A program made the position numbers and the translations under genes. The notes below the pieces were generated by a model. It was not told where the DNA came from. It was given only the letters and a program-made list of their open reading frames with translations, and made no database searches. From an uncultured Candidatus Saccharibacteria bacterium (GTDB taxonomy: Bacteria > Patescibacteriota > Dojkabacteria > CAZCSM01), in NCBI GenBank assembly GCA_964501355.1, contig CAZCSM010000004.1, positions 3,340 through 67,339 of the forward strand: a stretch of 64,000 nt of DNA, read 5' to 3'. Within the stretch, counting starts at the first letter, position 1, and each line of letters starts with the position of its first letter. Shown one piece after another: positions 49,823 through 59,981 of the stretch.

Positions 49823-50524
49823 CTAATTTCTCGATAAGTGATTCCATACATCGTCCGGATTACATGCAACCTTCTCTAGACCAGACAGATCAAGTTCGCT
49901 GGTTTCCGGATTAGTCCATGGGCGATCCGAAACCAGAAAAGAAGAGACATTTTGCATGCTTAAACCGAGACACAATCGGATTGTATCCGGGTCGTCATCA
50001 CAAAAGGCACTCCCCTGCCCCACGACAGAATCAGCTTTTTTCAAAAAGTTAACCTTTTGATCTACATCACCAAAAATGAACATATCCACAGGAATATCAT
50101 TCTTTTCAAACCACTTCGCCGTAGCGTGTGGATATTTTTTCTCAACATGAGCCCTGTGCGTAAGGGCAATTACCTTTATTCCAACGTTATGAGCCTTACG
50201 GGCAAGCTGCGCATAACCAATATATTGCAGCGATTCAGAATACGTTTCTTCTAAATTTAAAACATCTAAGAAGCATTCTTTAATTTCATCTTCGGTTGAA
50301 GCTTCCCGTTCACATTTCGTAACAGCGTACTGAATTTTTCTTTTTGTCATCTTTGCAAACTCGACGGAAATACCATGCCGCTTCTTTAATAAATCCGCCA
50401 AACGCTCTTGTGTACGAGCCAACGTTTCGTCAACATCGAGAAATAATACCCGTTTTCCTTTTACGAAACGGAACAAATCTACAGCAATATCAGCTTCTAA
50501 ATCAAGAAAGGACTCTTTTTTCAT
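49823..50524 (-). CDS. HAD-superfamily hydrolase, possible 5'(3')-(deoxy)nucleotidase
   Basis: Motif I LFLDVDETL (DxDxT). The overall size and layout resemble NT5C-like nucleotidases. Confidence 0.5.
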   Translation of the reverse strand: MKKESFLDLEADIAVDLFRFVKGKRVLFLDVDETLARTQERLADLLKKRHGISVEFAKMTKRKIQYAVTKCEREASTEDEIKECFLDVLNLEETYSESLQYIGYAQLARKAHNVGIKVIALTHRAHVEKKYPHATAKWFEKNDIPVDMFIFGDVDQKVNFLKKADSVVGQGSAFCDDDPDTIRLCLGLSMQNVSSFLVSDRPWTNPETSELDLSGLEKVACNPDDVWNHLSRN

Positions 50525-50649
50525 CTTCAGTCGTTTAATTTATAGGATTAGTATACTACATTATTGCAATAAGTGTTATATCTTAAAATATTTACGTGCT
50601 TGTATAACTGTGCTATAATGTACCCGACATATAATTAACGAAACGCTAG

Positions 50650-51309
50650 ATGACAATTTATTCAAATGGCGACAATCAAATAGCAGAATTACTAACCCAA
50701 GTTCCGGGTACAGTAAACTATAGCAAGGAAAATCCCATTGAAGTAAAACCTAATGTTTTTACTCCTATTTACATAAATCTTAGAAATACCATAAGTCACG
50801 TTATGGTTAGAAATATTATATCGAAGAAATTAGCCCAATCAATAAAGAGTAACCCTGATTATATTTGTGGAATAGAAAGTGGCGGAAGCTATTACGCCTC
50901 AAGAGTTAGTGACATTTTGAATAAACCACTAATTCTATTAAGAAAAGAGGATAAGGGCTACGGAGACAAGAAAAGAGTGCTTGGACAGATACCGGATCCA
51001 GGATCAAAAATTGCCGTCATTGACGACGTTATTGCCACAGGATTAACAACCTCTAAGTCGACAAAGTACCTGAATAGTATTGGGCTGAAAACAGAAGTAT
51101 ATGCAATATTCAGCTATGGGTATAACGAAGACATTGCAAGAATACTAGGCAAACACACTTCTCGCATTGCATCTCTTGTTACATTTGCGGATATTCTGAA
51201 CAGTCTTGAAGAAAGAGAGGTTCTACCACAATCTGATATCGACTTCTTAAGAAAATACACACGTTCATACGAAGACTTTTCGGGAGAGCAGGAAGTAAAA
51301 ATTAATTAG
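50650..51309 (+). CDS. phosphoribosyltransferase (type I PRTase, OPRT-like)
   Basis: PRPP-binding motif KIAVIDDVIATGLTT. 219 aa. Confidence 0.6.
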   Translation: MTIYSNGDNQIAELLTQVPGTVNYSKENPIEVKPNVFTPIYINLRNTISHVMVRNIISKKLAQSIKSNPDYICGIESGGSYYASRVSDILNKPLILLRKEDKGYGDKKRVLGQIPDPGSKIAVIDDVIATGLTTSKSTKYLNSIGLKTEVYAIFSYGYNEDIARILGKHTSRIASLVTFADILNSLEEREVLPQSDIDFLRKYTRSYEDFSGEQEVKIN

Positions 51310-51372
51310 ACTTGAAACAATTCCAATATACATATATAATATAGACTGATATATAATTAATTCTATCAAACA

Positions 51373-51969
51373 ATGAAAGTAAATTTTGCAGGAGCAATTA
51401 CTGATGACAAATCAGCAAAAGAAAGATACGCCAAAATTAAGGCAGCCGTTAGCAAAAGCGGAAGCACCGTTACTCATAGACAACATGAGAAACTTTCTAC
51501 CGGAGAAATTTTAAAAAGAACCGACAAAGAGATAAAAGATTCATATAAACTCATAACTATGAGTATGAAATCAGCCGATGTATTCATCGCTGACATAACA
51601 CTTCCTAGCGTCGGAGTTGGCGTAGAAATAGCACAGGCTATGGAAGAGAGAAAGCCAACATTGGTTTTAAGATACAAAAATGAAAAGGAAGCACCGATTG
51701 CTAATATCAAGGCGAATCAAAGTGTACTGATGACGTACAGAGAATATGATGATAACAATATTGAAGAAATCATTGCAGATTTTCTCAAAGAAGCAAAGGA
51801 AAAACTCGACACCAAATTCATCCTTATTATCTCTCCTGATATTGATAAGTATCTAAAGTGGGCTTCTGATGAATACAGAATGCACAAAGCACAAATCGTT
51901 AGAGATGCTATCGAGGATAAAATGAAGAAAGATAAAGATTACAAGGATTATTTGAAATTGGCTGCATAA
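51373..51969 (+). CDS. nucleoside 2-deoxyribosyltransferase-like (NDT/DNPH1-fold) domain fused to C-terminal ribbon-helix-helix-like domain
   Basis: N-terminal MKVNFAGAI… plus …ADVFIADITLPSVGVGVEIAQAMEERKPTLVL matches the NDT-family pattern (yfAGp … d.gtafE.GyA.a.gKP). C-terminal KFILIISPDIDKYLKWASDEYRMHKAQIVRDAIEDKM has a strand-helix-helix RHH look. Confidence 0.4.
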   Translation: MKVNFAGAITDDKSAKERYAKIKAAVSKSGSTVTHRQHEKLSTGEILKRTDKEIKDSYKLITMSMKSADVFIADITLPSVGVGVEIAQAMEERKPTLVLRYKNEKEAPIANIKANQSVLMTYREYDDNNIEEIIADFLKEAKEKLDTKFILIISPDIDKYLKWASDEYRMHKAQIVRDAIEDKMKKDKDYKDYLKLAA

Positions 51970-52075
51970 GCAACATTTCAAAGATAATAAAAGACTCGCC
52001 AATGGCGAGTCTTTTATTTTACTATGTTTTAACGATGTTTAATCGACGTTTTCTCAAACAGCGACGAAGTCGATG

Positions 52076-53770
52076 TTACACAAACACCGGCACAACCATT
52101 GGATTTCTATCAGTCTCTTTTCTCACGAACGTCCCCACTCTCTTTGTTATAGCATCACGCAACTCCTGTTGGTAGACCTTATCAAACGGCTTATTTTGCA
52201 GAGATTTATCTTTCACAGATTCTTCTGCGACTTTCTTGATTTCTGCCATAATATCAGTGCTTTCCTTCACGAAAACAAACCCTCGGGAAATTACCTGAAT
52301 AGGTTCTGCCAGAGAGCCTCTTGCATCAAGGTTAACTCCGAGTACGAGGAATCCGTTATTCGCAAGTTGAGATCGCTCCTTCAAAACTAATGCGCCAACA
52401 TCTCCAATACCTTTCCCCGATACTAGAACCGGAGATCCTTTTATCTTCGTTCCCTTTATGAAACCTTTTCCGTCAAATTCGTAAATTTGACCATTTTGAG
52501 GAATAACTATGTTCTTTTCTTTCACACCAACACTCATAGCAGTTTTCGCATGAGCAAGCAGAAAGGATTGTGGGCCCTCAATTGGCATGAAGAACCGTGG
52601 TTTAAGCATATTAAGCATTATCTTTTGATCATCCTGATGACCATGTCCACCTGCATGTACGTCCATCAAAGCCTGATGGATGACGTCAGCCCCTTGCATA
52701 ATCAAATCGTCAATCAAATCCTGAATCGCCAATGCATTTCCGGGAATAACGGATGAGGATAAGATAATTGTATCACCTTTCTTTACAGTAATGTCTTTAT
52801 GCTCTTTTCTTGCAATCCTTGCAAGTGCGGCCATGTCTTCTCCCTGACTTCCCGTAGTAATGAACAAAACCTGCTTATCATCCAAGTTCTTTGCCTCGCT
52901 TGGATCAATAAAATGCTTTGCATCAAATTTGATGTACCCCAATCTTGTTGCTATCTCAACTGCTTGTCTCATTCCAAAGCCGGAGATTGCAATCTTTTTA
53001 TTATACTTAATTCCAATCGAAATCAACTGATGAACTCTAGTAACCAAAGAAGCGAAAGTTGCCGCTATTACACGCCCTTTTGCGTTCTTAATAACATCCT
53101 CCAGAATATCTGTCACCTTAGCTTCTGAAATTGAATGACCGGATTTCATTGAGTTTGTGCTATCGCACATTGCCAATAGAACGCCTTTTTCTCCTAAATC
53201 ACAAATTCTTCCATACTCGGCGACTGGCTCGTTTACAGGTGTATCGTCAAATTTATAATCACCGGTATGAACAATCACACCTTGCGGTGTATGAATGCCA
53301 ATTCCCATTGATTCAGGGATATTGTGATTGACCCCGAAGAAGCTAGCTTTGATGCTACCAAGTTGTACAGTATCGGTTGTCTTTACAACGACAAGTTTTG
53401 TCTTATTCAATAAACCGAATTCTTCAAGCTTCGGCTTAATAAATTCAATTGTAAACTCACTAGAGTAAATTGTTGGGAAGCCCAATGCCTCAATTACATA
53501 AGGAATTGCACCAATGTGGTCTAAGTGACCATGTGTAATCAACAAACCGCGTATCTTCTCTTTATTCTCCTTTAGATAGCTCACATCAGGAATCAAATAG
53601 TCGACGCCGTACATTTCACTACCCGGAAACCCAAACCCCATATCAATTAAAACTATGTCATCACCATATCTAACCATAGTGCTATTTATTCCAACCTCTT
53701 CAGATCCACCCAAAAGGGCAACCTGAAGCTTGGATTTTGCACCATTAACCTTATTATTTTTAAAACTCAT
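52076..53770 (-). CDS. rnj: ribonuclease J
   Basis: Metallo-beta-lactamase motif ITHGHLDHIG, a beta-CASP domain and a C-terminal RNase J domain. 564 aa. Confidence 0.85.
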   Translation of the reverse strand: MSFKNNKVNGAKSKLQVALLGGSEEVGINSTMVRYGDDIVLIDMGFGFPGSEMYGVDYLIPDVSYLKENKEKIRGLLITHGHLDHIGAIPYVIEALGFPTIYSSEFTIEFIKPKLEEFGLLNKTKLVVVKTTDTVQLGSIKASFFGVNHNIPESMGIGIHTPQGVIVHTGDYKFDDTPVNEPVAEYGRICDLGEKGVLLAMCDSTNSMKSGHSISEAKVTDILEDVIKNAKGRVIAATFASLVTRVHQLISIGIKYNKKIAISGFGMRQAVEIATRLGYIKFDAKHFIDPSEAKNLDDKQVLFITTGSQGEDMAALARIARKEHKDITVKKGDTIILSSSVIPGNALAIQDLIDDLIMQGADVIHQALMDVHAGGHGHQDDQKIMLNMLKPRFFMPIEGPQSFLLAHAKTAMSVGVKEKNIVIPQNGQIYEFDGKGFIKGTKIKGSPVLVSGKGIGDVGALVLKERSQLANNGFLVLGVNLDARGSLAEPIQVISRGFVFVKESTDIMAEIKKVAEESVKDKSLQNKPFDKVYQQELRDAITKRVGTFVRKETDRNPMVVPVFV

Positions 53771-53831
53771 TAACTATAAACATAACTAAAATTTAAATAA
53801 CCCAAAAACCTGAAAATTTCTGCTGTATCAT

Positions 53832-54083
53832 CTAATACCTCGACTGCACAATGCCGAAACAAACATTCTCTTCCATCTCCCAACCTATACATTTTTGCGA
53901 TTCATTATCGAAGTCTCTTGCGAAAGCACGAAATACCCATGGCATCTTCCACATCGCAAAAAAAGCCACTCCGATAAGAATTCCTGTTACGATATAAACC
54001 TCCATCGTGGACTTTGCCAATCGATAAAGGCCTGACATCAACAGAAGAAATAATATGATAACTACAATCGCCCAAAACTTCAT
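53832..54083 (-). CDS. hypothetical small membrane protein (paralog of next gene)
   Basis: Two TM helices and a C-terminal C.G…CFGIVQ motif. Confidence 0.3.
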   Translation of the reverse strand: MKFWAIVVIILFLLLMSGLYRLAKSTMEVYIVTGILIGVAFFAMWKMPWVFRAFARDFDNESQKCIGWEMEENVCFGIVQSRY

Positions 54084-54091
54084 AATATCTC

Positions 54092-54337
54092 CTATTTAAT
54101 TAATCCGAAGCAATCTCCGCTTTCTAGTATTAATCCGTAGCAAGTAGCGCCATCAGGAATAACCTGAGCAGCATTTTGCATAAGCGGGTCGAGCCACGGT
54201 AATGCAAGGTAAACCAGAAGAGAAACTACTAAAAGCCATAAAAGAAAACTAAATAGTTTTGCTCCGGTTTTCAGAAGTTTCAGTGCAGCAACGATTAACA
54301 ATATCATCGCAGCAATAGCTATTAATTTTGATACCAT
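54092..54337 (-). CDS. hypothetical small membrane protein (paralog of previous gene)
   Basis: Two TM helices and a C-terminal CYGLILESGDCFGLIK. Confidence 0.3.
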   Translation of the reverse strand: MVSKLIAIAAMILLIVAALKLLKTGAKLFSFLLWLLVVSLLVYLALPWLDPLMQNAAQVIPDGATCYGLILESGDCFGLIK

Positions 54338-54432
54338 TTTATTATTCTTTCAAGTATTTCAATCTTTATTTTCTGAACCAAAACCTTCTTGCTTTTTCTT
54401 TTTTACCTTTTGCCTTTTTACTTTTTCCTTTT

Positions 54433-55638
54433 CTATACGACAGTAATGTCAGTGGGCATAAAGACCTTTACATTTGCGGGGTTAATCACAAAATGAGTGC
54501 CTTTACCCTCAAGGATCATTCTCGCAACTCTTCGAACTAAAGATGTGAGATTTCGCTCTAATTGACGAATTCCAGCATCAAAGCCCAATGGTCGAATCAG
54601 CAGAGGCCAGACATCCGGAGTAAATTCGATTGTATTCGGATCCATACCCGCCGATTTCAGAACTTTCGGGAATAGATAGTCTCTCGCAATGACTTCCTTC
54701 TCATTATCAGAGTAGCTCGTAAATCGAATTATCTCTAAACGATCGAGAAGTGCCGTCGACATTGTTCCCAGGTTGTTTGCCGTCGTGATGAACATCACCT
54801 TAGATAGATTAACAGGATAATCTATATAATGATCGGCGAAAGTAGCATTTTGCTCAGGATCTAATATTTCAAGAAGTGCTGCATTCAAATCCGCTCGAAG
54901 ACCACCTTCTCCACTAACCTTATCAATCTCATCAAGCAGAATTAACGGGTTCATGGATTGTGTCTTAACAAGAGACTTAACGATCTGTCCAGGTTCGGCA
55001 TCAGGATTTACTCTAGTCTCACCACGGATGTTTCGAATATCGCCCATTGCACCGAGTGCAACACGAACAAACTTCTTCCCCATTGCCTGTGCTATCGACT
55101 TAGCCATAGATGTTTTACCGATACCCTGCAAACCTACAAAACAGAGAATCGGAGCATGTGCAGACGACCCCGTAAGTTTTTCCATACTTCCCGATTCATC
55201 GGTATAGTTATCCAACATCCCCTTCTGTTTCTGCAAATTCATCACAGAAAGGTATTCTATTATTCTATTTTTAATCGGCTGCATTCCGTAATGATGATCA
55301 TCAAGGATTTGCTTTGCCCGCTCTATATCTAAGTTATCTTCATTGAAACTCCTCCACGGAATGGACGTTACCCAATCTATATATTTCGCAACCTGTTCAT
55401 AATCACTTGAATAGTTTCCAAACTTTGCCATTCTCACCATTCTCTTCAAAAGCTTGTACACTTTGTCATTAAGAGCGAGTGGCAATTTTGCATTAACGAT
55501 TTTCTGTTCGAGCTCTCCAATATCTTCAATCAAAAGGTCCTCCAAACCACGCTGTGATTCTTTGAGAACATCTAGTTTCTGTACTGAGGTTTGTACATCA
55601 TTAACAGCAGATTGGTTGGGCAGATTTTGTTCGTCCAT
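54433..55638 (-). CDS. Lon-family AAA+ ATPase module lacking the S16 protease domain
   Basis: Collinear with Lon from the pre-AAA long helix (YIDWVTSIPW…DDHHYGMQPIKNRIIEYL) through Walker A GLQGIGKTSMAKSIA, Walker B LLDEIDKV, sensor and arginine-finger regions to …GIRQLERNLTSLVRRVARMI. It then terminates, with no Ser-Lys dyad domain. 401 aa. Confidence 0.7.
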   Translation of the reverse strand: MDEQNLPNQSAVNDVQTSVQKLDVLKESQRGLEDLLIEDIGELEQKIVNAKLPLALNDKVYKLLKRMVRMAKFGNYSSDYEQVAKYIDWVTSIPWRSFNEDNLDIERAKQILDDHHYGMQPIKNRIIEYLSVMNLQKQKGMLDNYTDESGSMEKLTGSSAHAPILCFVGLQGIGKTSMAKSIAQAMGKKFVRVALGAMGDIRNIRGETRVNPDAEPGQIVKSLVKTQSMNPLILLDEIDKVSGEGGLRADLNAALLEILDPEQNATFADHYIDYPVNLSKVMFITTANNLGTMSTALLDRLEIIRFTSYSDNEKEVIARDYLFPKVLKSAGMDPNTIEFTPDVWPLLIRPLGFDAGIRQLERNLTSLVRRVARMILEGKGTHFVINPANVKVFMPTDITVV

Positions 55639-55760
55639 CTTTATTAAACATTTAATGACTTAATGTTACATCACAAATTTTGCAATGTCTACAAAACATC
55701 ATTTCACAAATCTGTAGAGACGTGGCATTGCCACGTCTCTACGAATATTCTAAAGGAGAA

Positions 55761-57944
55761 TTATTGCTGTACAGCTCGTTTAATACTTAGATTTACTCGA
55801 CCTCTATCATCAATTTCCGTAACCTTTACCTTTACCTTCTGACCAACCTTTACAACTTCATTTGCGTCTTTAACAAATCCATCTTTAAGCTCAGAGACAT
55901 GTACAAGACCTGAAACAGAAGGGGTGATTTCAACAAAAGCTCCGTAGCCCTCGACTCTGGCGACAGTTCCTTCGTAAATCTCTCCGACAACAGGTTCAAA
56001 TACAATTTCGTTAACAAGTGCCTTAGCAGCTTCAATTGCATCAGGAGATACACCTGCAATATTTACAGTTCCATCTTCCTCAATTTCAATCTCTACGCCT
56101 GTTTCTTCTGTGATTCCTCGGATAACTTTTCCACCTGGACCAATAAGATCTCCTATTAATTCTTTATTGATCTTCATTTGGACAATCTTTGGTGCGTATT
56201 TAGAAAGCGCAGCCTTTGGCGCAGGAATAACCTCATTGATCATATCAAGAATTTGGTATCTTGCAGCTTTTGCTTTTTCAAGTGCAGTTGCTAATACTTC
56301 CATTGGAATACCTTTTAATTTGTTATCCATCTGAAGTGCCGTAATACCATCTCTTGTTCCTGTTACCTTGAAATCCATATCTCCAAAGTGATCTTCGAAT
56401 CCTTGAATATCGGTTAAAACAACCATTTCATCTGAATCTTTTGCTTTCATAAGTCCCATTGCAATTCCCGCAACAGGAGCTTTGATTGGAACACCAGCAT
56501 CCATAAGAGCAAGTGTAGAACCACACGTTGCAGCCATAGATGTTGAACCATTTGCTGAAAGAATTTCAGAAACAACTCGAATTGTGTATGGGAATACTTC
56601 CTTCGAAGGAATAACCGGTAATAATGCTCTTTCTCCTAATGCGCCGTGTCCGATTTCTCTTCGACCAGGATAATAGCTATATCGACCTGTTTCTCCTGTG
56701 CAAAATGGCTTGAAATTATAATGGTGCATATAACGTTTTGTAGTTTCTCCACCGATATCCTCAACCATTAGTTCTAATTTACCAGAACCCAATGTTGCAA
56801 CTGAAAGAGCCTGAGTTGTTCCTCTCTGGAATAAACCGGATCCATGCGTTCTCGGCAAAATTCCGACAGATGCTGATAGTGGTCTGATTTCATCAAAGCC
56901 TCTTCCATCAGGTCTCTTGCTCTCTTTTACAATTCCGTCGATTACTACATTCTTGGTAATCTCATGTGCAATTCCATTTAATGTGCTCTTGCTATATTTC
57001 CCTTCATATTCTGCATACATTTCCTGATGGATTTCATCCATCTTTGCATCTCTTTCAGATCGATCTTTGATGTAAACGGCTTCTTTCATTTTTTCTCCGA
57101 AAACAGCAAAGACCTCATTATAAGATTCTTCAAGAACGGAGACTGAAACAAATTCTGCTTTCTCTTTACCCCACTCTTTTGCAATTTCTTCCTGCATTGC
57201 CAACACTGCCGGTGAAGAATCCTTTGCAAAATTTAATGCTTCGAGCATCTTAACCTCATTAACTTCTTTTGCTCCAGACTCGATCATCACGATAGAATCC
57301 TTTGACGCTGAAATTATTAAGTCTAAATCTGCAGATTCATAAACCGTTTCATTTGGATTAACGACTAACTGTCCGTCTAACATAGAGACTCGAACTCCTG
57401 CAACAGGTCCTTCAAAAGGAATGTCAGAAATCATAAGTGCTGCAGATGTAGCATTTACCGAAAGCATAGAAGGATCGTGCTCTCCATCATACGAAAGAAC
57501 AGTTGCAATAACTTGAACTTCATTTGCGAAACCTTCTGGGAAAAGAGGTCTAATAGATCGATCGATAACTCTAGCCTTCAACGTTGCTTCTGAACTTGGG
57601 TGTCGTTCTCTTTTCACAAATTTGGAAGATGAAATTAATCCTCCGGCGTACATTTTTTCTACATATTCAACGGTTAGAGGGAAGAAATCAATTCCTTCTC
57701 TTGGGGCTGCCATAGTTACAGTGACAAGCACTGCAGTTTCTCCCCATGTTGCATAAATAGATCCATTTGCTTGCATTGCCATTCGACCTGTTTCAAAGGT
57801 CATGTCGGCATCGCCAAACTTAATGGTTTTGGTGAGCGGTGTGTTCATAGAAAATTCCTTTCTGTTTGCGCAGTAACTTTGAGTACTGGGAGAAGGATTT
57901 AGATATTGGAAGTTAAACACCGGGCAATCGTAACTGATACTCAA
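55761..57944 (-). CDS. pnp: polyribonucleotide nucleotidyltransferase (PNPase)
   Basis: Two RNase PH domains followed by KH and S1 domains. The likely true start is the internal MNTPLTKT, at about 57848. Confidence 0.9.
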   Translation of the reverse strand: MSISYDCPVFNFQYLNPSPSTQSYCANRKEFSMNTPLTKTIKFGDADMTFETGRMAMQANGSIYATWGETAVLVTVTMAAPREGIDFFPLTVEYVEKMYAGGLISSSKFVKRERHPSSEATLKARVIDRSIRPLFPEGFANEVQVIATVLSYDGEHDPSMLSVNATSAALMISDIPFEGPVAGVRVSMLDGQLVVNPNETVYESADLDLIISASKDSIVMIESGAKEVNEVKMLEALNFAKDSSPAVLAMQEEIAKEWGKEKAEFVSVSVLEESYNEVFAVFGEKMKEAVYIKDRSERDAKMDEIHQEMYAEYEGKYSKSTLNGIAHEITKNVVIDGIVKESKRPDGRGFDEIRPLSASVGILPRTHGSGLFQRGTTQALSVATLGSGKLELMVEDIGGETTKRYMHHYNFKPFCTGETGRYSYYPGRREIGHGALGERALLPVIPSKEVFPYTIRVVSEILSANGSTSMAATCGSTLALMDAGVPIKAPVAGIAMGLMKAKDSDEMVVLTDIQGFEDHFGDMDFKVTGTRDGITALQMDNKLKGIPMEVLATALEKAKAARYQILDMINEVIPAPKAALSKYAPKIVQMKINKELIGDLIGPGGKVIRGITEETGVEIEIEEDGTVNIAGVSPDAIEAAKALVNEIVFEPVVGEIYEGTVARVEGYGAFVEITPSVSGLVHVSELKDGFVKDANEVVKVGQKVKVKVTEIDDRGRVNLSIKRAVQQ

Positions 57945-58010
57945 CTTTCAACATCTAAAAATCCTTTTCAATTCCCCTCTCTCGAAACTGCAAAAAATAA
58001 ATAAACCTTT

Positions 58011-58040
58011 TAAAAAATTCAGCTCCGCTTATGGAGCTGA
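58011..58040 (-). terminator. rho-independent terminator downstream of rpsO
   Basis: Hairpin CAGCTCCGCTTATGGAGCTG, followed on the minus strand by a TTTTTT run. Confidence 0.5.
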
Positions 58041-58046
58041 AACTTC

Positions 58047-58316
58047 TTACTTGTTTAAACCAACTTTACCAATCAATTCTTGATATCTTGCGTCATCTTT
58101 TCTCTTTAAGTAATCAAGCAATCTTCTTCTCTTGCCAACCATTTGAAGAAGACCACGTCTTGAGTGATTATCCTTCTTATGAGTCTTTAAGTGATCGGAA
58201 AGCTGTGTGATTCTTTCAGTTAAAATCGCAATCTGTACTTCTGGTGAACCAGTGTCTCCATCATGTACTGCATATTTCTTGATTAGTTCTTCTTTGTTTT
58301 TTAGTTTTGTTGCCAT
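58047..58316 (-). CDS. rpsO: 30S ribosomal protein S15
   Basis: 89 aa. …[27 protein letters not shown]… matches the S15 signature. Confidence 0.9.
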   Translation of the reverse strand: MATKLKNKEELIKKYAVHDGDTGSPEVQIAILTERITQLSDHLKTHKKDNHSRRGLLQMVGKRRRLLDYLKRKDDARYQELIGKVGLNK

Positions 58317-58461
58317 ATCTTTGTTTATTATCCTAGTTACTTAAATCGTATCACACAAAATTGTGCTTAGCAAATAAATCAACCCTCTTCTAGTAGAAGG
58401 GCTCGGATAGGATAATATCACAAAATTAATGACGAAACAATAACAATATTAACAAATATTA

Positions 58462-59904
58462 CTATTTCTTATTCCCCATTCCGCTAAAAGGACCACCGAA
58501 ACTTCCAGAGTTGAAAATCTTTGGTGGACCAAAACTATCATCTGAAGTAATTATCGGATCATCAGAGAAAACCTCATTTTCAGCTTCCGCAGCAGGTTTC
58601 ATTGGTTCGACAGGTAAAACGGATTCGTCAACTTGTTCAGCTACCTCTGAAACAGACTCCTCTAAGATTCCTATTGAAGCGGGTTCTTCATCAACCGCTG
58701 TTACTTCTACATTTTCAGCACTAAGTTCTTTTGATTCTGTTATTTCCGGTTCAACAAGAGGCTCAACGACAACCTGTTGATCTTCAGAGCCGAGAAGTCG
58801 CAAGATCTTTGTCTCGATAGCTTCAAGCTCACCTTCTGCACGAATAACCAGCCCATCCTGACAAACTGTCATTTCAAATTCCTTAAGAATCTTTGGCAAA
58901 TCTAAATCTTCCGTTTCAACCTTCCCCCAAATTGTTCCATCGCTTAACCCATAAAGAACAAAAGCGTTTCCGTATCCTTGATATGAATTAAATGGGATAT
59001 GTTCATTTACATTTACTTCGGAATCTTCTATTTGTAAGTCTTTTAACTCCGAACTATTAACCGTTGACCATAAAATTCCTGAGGTATCTTGTTTTATATT
59101 TGCAAAAATTCTTTGCTGCAACTGCAATTGTCCAAAAGTGCCCTTTGTACTTGGCTTCGTACCAACTTGAGTCATAGTAGCACCAAGATCCATAAGCTCT
59201 CCAATTCTCTCAAGGGTAGTTTTATCTTTTACATTTCCCAATAAACCGCCAACGCTTTCAACAAATCCATTGAGAATAAGTTGCGCCGTTTCAGTATTTA
59301 TTTTTACATTTAAAACCTTCAAGAAATCATAAATGATTTCAGTAACAGAGCTAGTGCGCGCGATCGATAGGTTGTTTTCATTTATTGTGTTACCGTTTAC
59401 TCCTATAGAAGTCCTAGGAGCGCGATCAAAGAAAGACTTATTTTTTGTATAAACTTCTCCCAAATCAGTAAGTTTCTCGAATCCAACAAGGACCACATAT
59501 TTATAGCTCGAACCAATTTGTTCAAATTTCAAATCACTAATTGCAAGATCTCCATATGCTGGAGTTAAGAATAACTTGAATGCTTCATTTTCCTCTCTCC
59601 ATTTCACCTTCCCAATTTTTCCGTCTTTGGGAATACTGATGATGTAATTCCTCGGATCCAGCGTACTTTTAACATATTTTAAAACACCGGCTCCCACCAA
59701 ACTCTTTTGGGCCTCAGACAATGGTGATGTCATTAATAAATCAACGACATTAAAAACGGGACCCTCATCGGCAATTTGTCGAAGTGTAGAAAAAAGTGCA
59801 GAGGCAGCAAGTAAACTGTCTCCATTAAAATGCGGTGACAGGACAACTAGGATTTCCTTGTGTGATAATAAACGTTTGCGTAATTCTTGAAGATTCTCAC
59901 TCAT
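58462..59904 (-). CDS. hypothetical protein, possibly a degenerate DHH/NrnA-like phosphoesterase
   Basis: It occupies the rbfA/nrnA-type slot between infB and rpsO. The N-terminal ILVVLSPHFNGDSLLAASALF loosely resembles DHH motif I-II, without the canonical DHH residues. The C-terminus is an acidic/Gly tail. Confidence 0.25.
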   Translation of the reverse strand: MSENLQELRKRLLSHKEILVVLSPHFNGDSLLAASALFSTLRQIADEGPVFNVVDLLMTSPLSEAQKSLVGAGVLKYVKSTLDPRNYIISIPKDGKIGKVKWREENEAFKLFLTPAYGDLAISDLKFEQIGSSYKYVVLVGFEKLTDLGEVYTKNKSFFDRAPRTSIGVNGNTINENNLSIARTSSVTEIIYDFLKVLNVKINTETAQLILNGFVESVGGLLGNVKDKTTLERIGELMDLGATMTQVGTKPSTKGTFGQLQLQQRIFANIKQDTSGILWSTVNSSELKDLQIEDSEVNVNEHIPFNSYQGYGNAFVLYGLSDGTIWGKVETEDLDLPKILKEFEMTVCQDGLVIRAEGELEAIETKILRLLGSEDQQVVVEPLVEPEITESKELSAENVEVTAVDEEPASIGILEESVSEVAEQVDESVLPVEPMKPAAEAENEVFSDDPIITSDDSFGPPKIFNSGSFGGPFSGMGNKK

Positions 59905-59981
59905 GAGTATTTTGAATTATTTACATAAAAAGCCCCAAGTTTGGGGCTTATATTTCTTTCGGAAGTATACAATATGTTATA

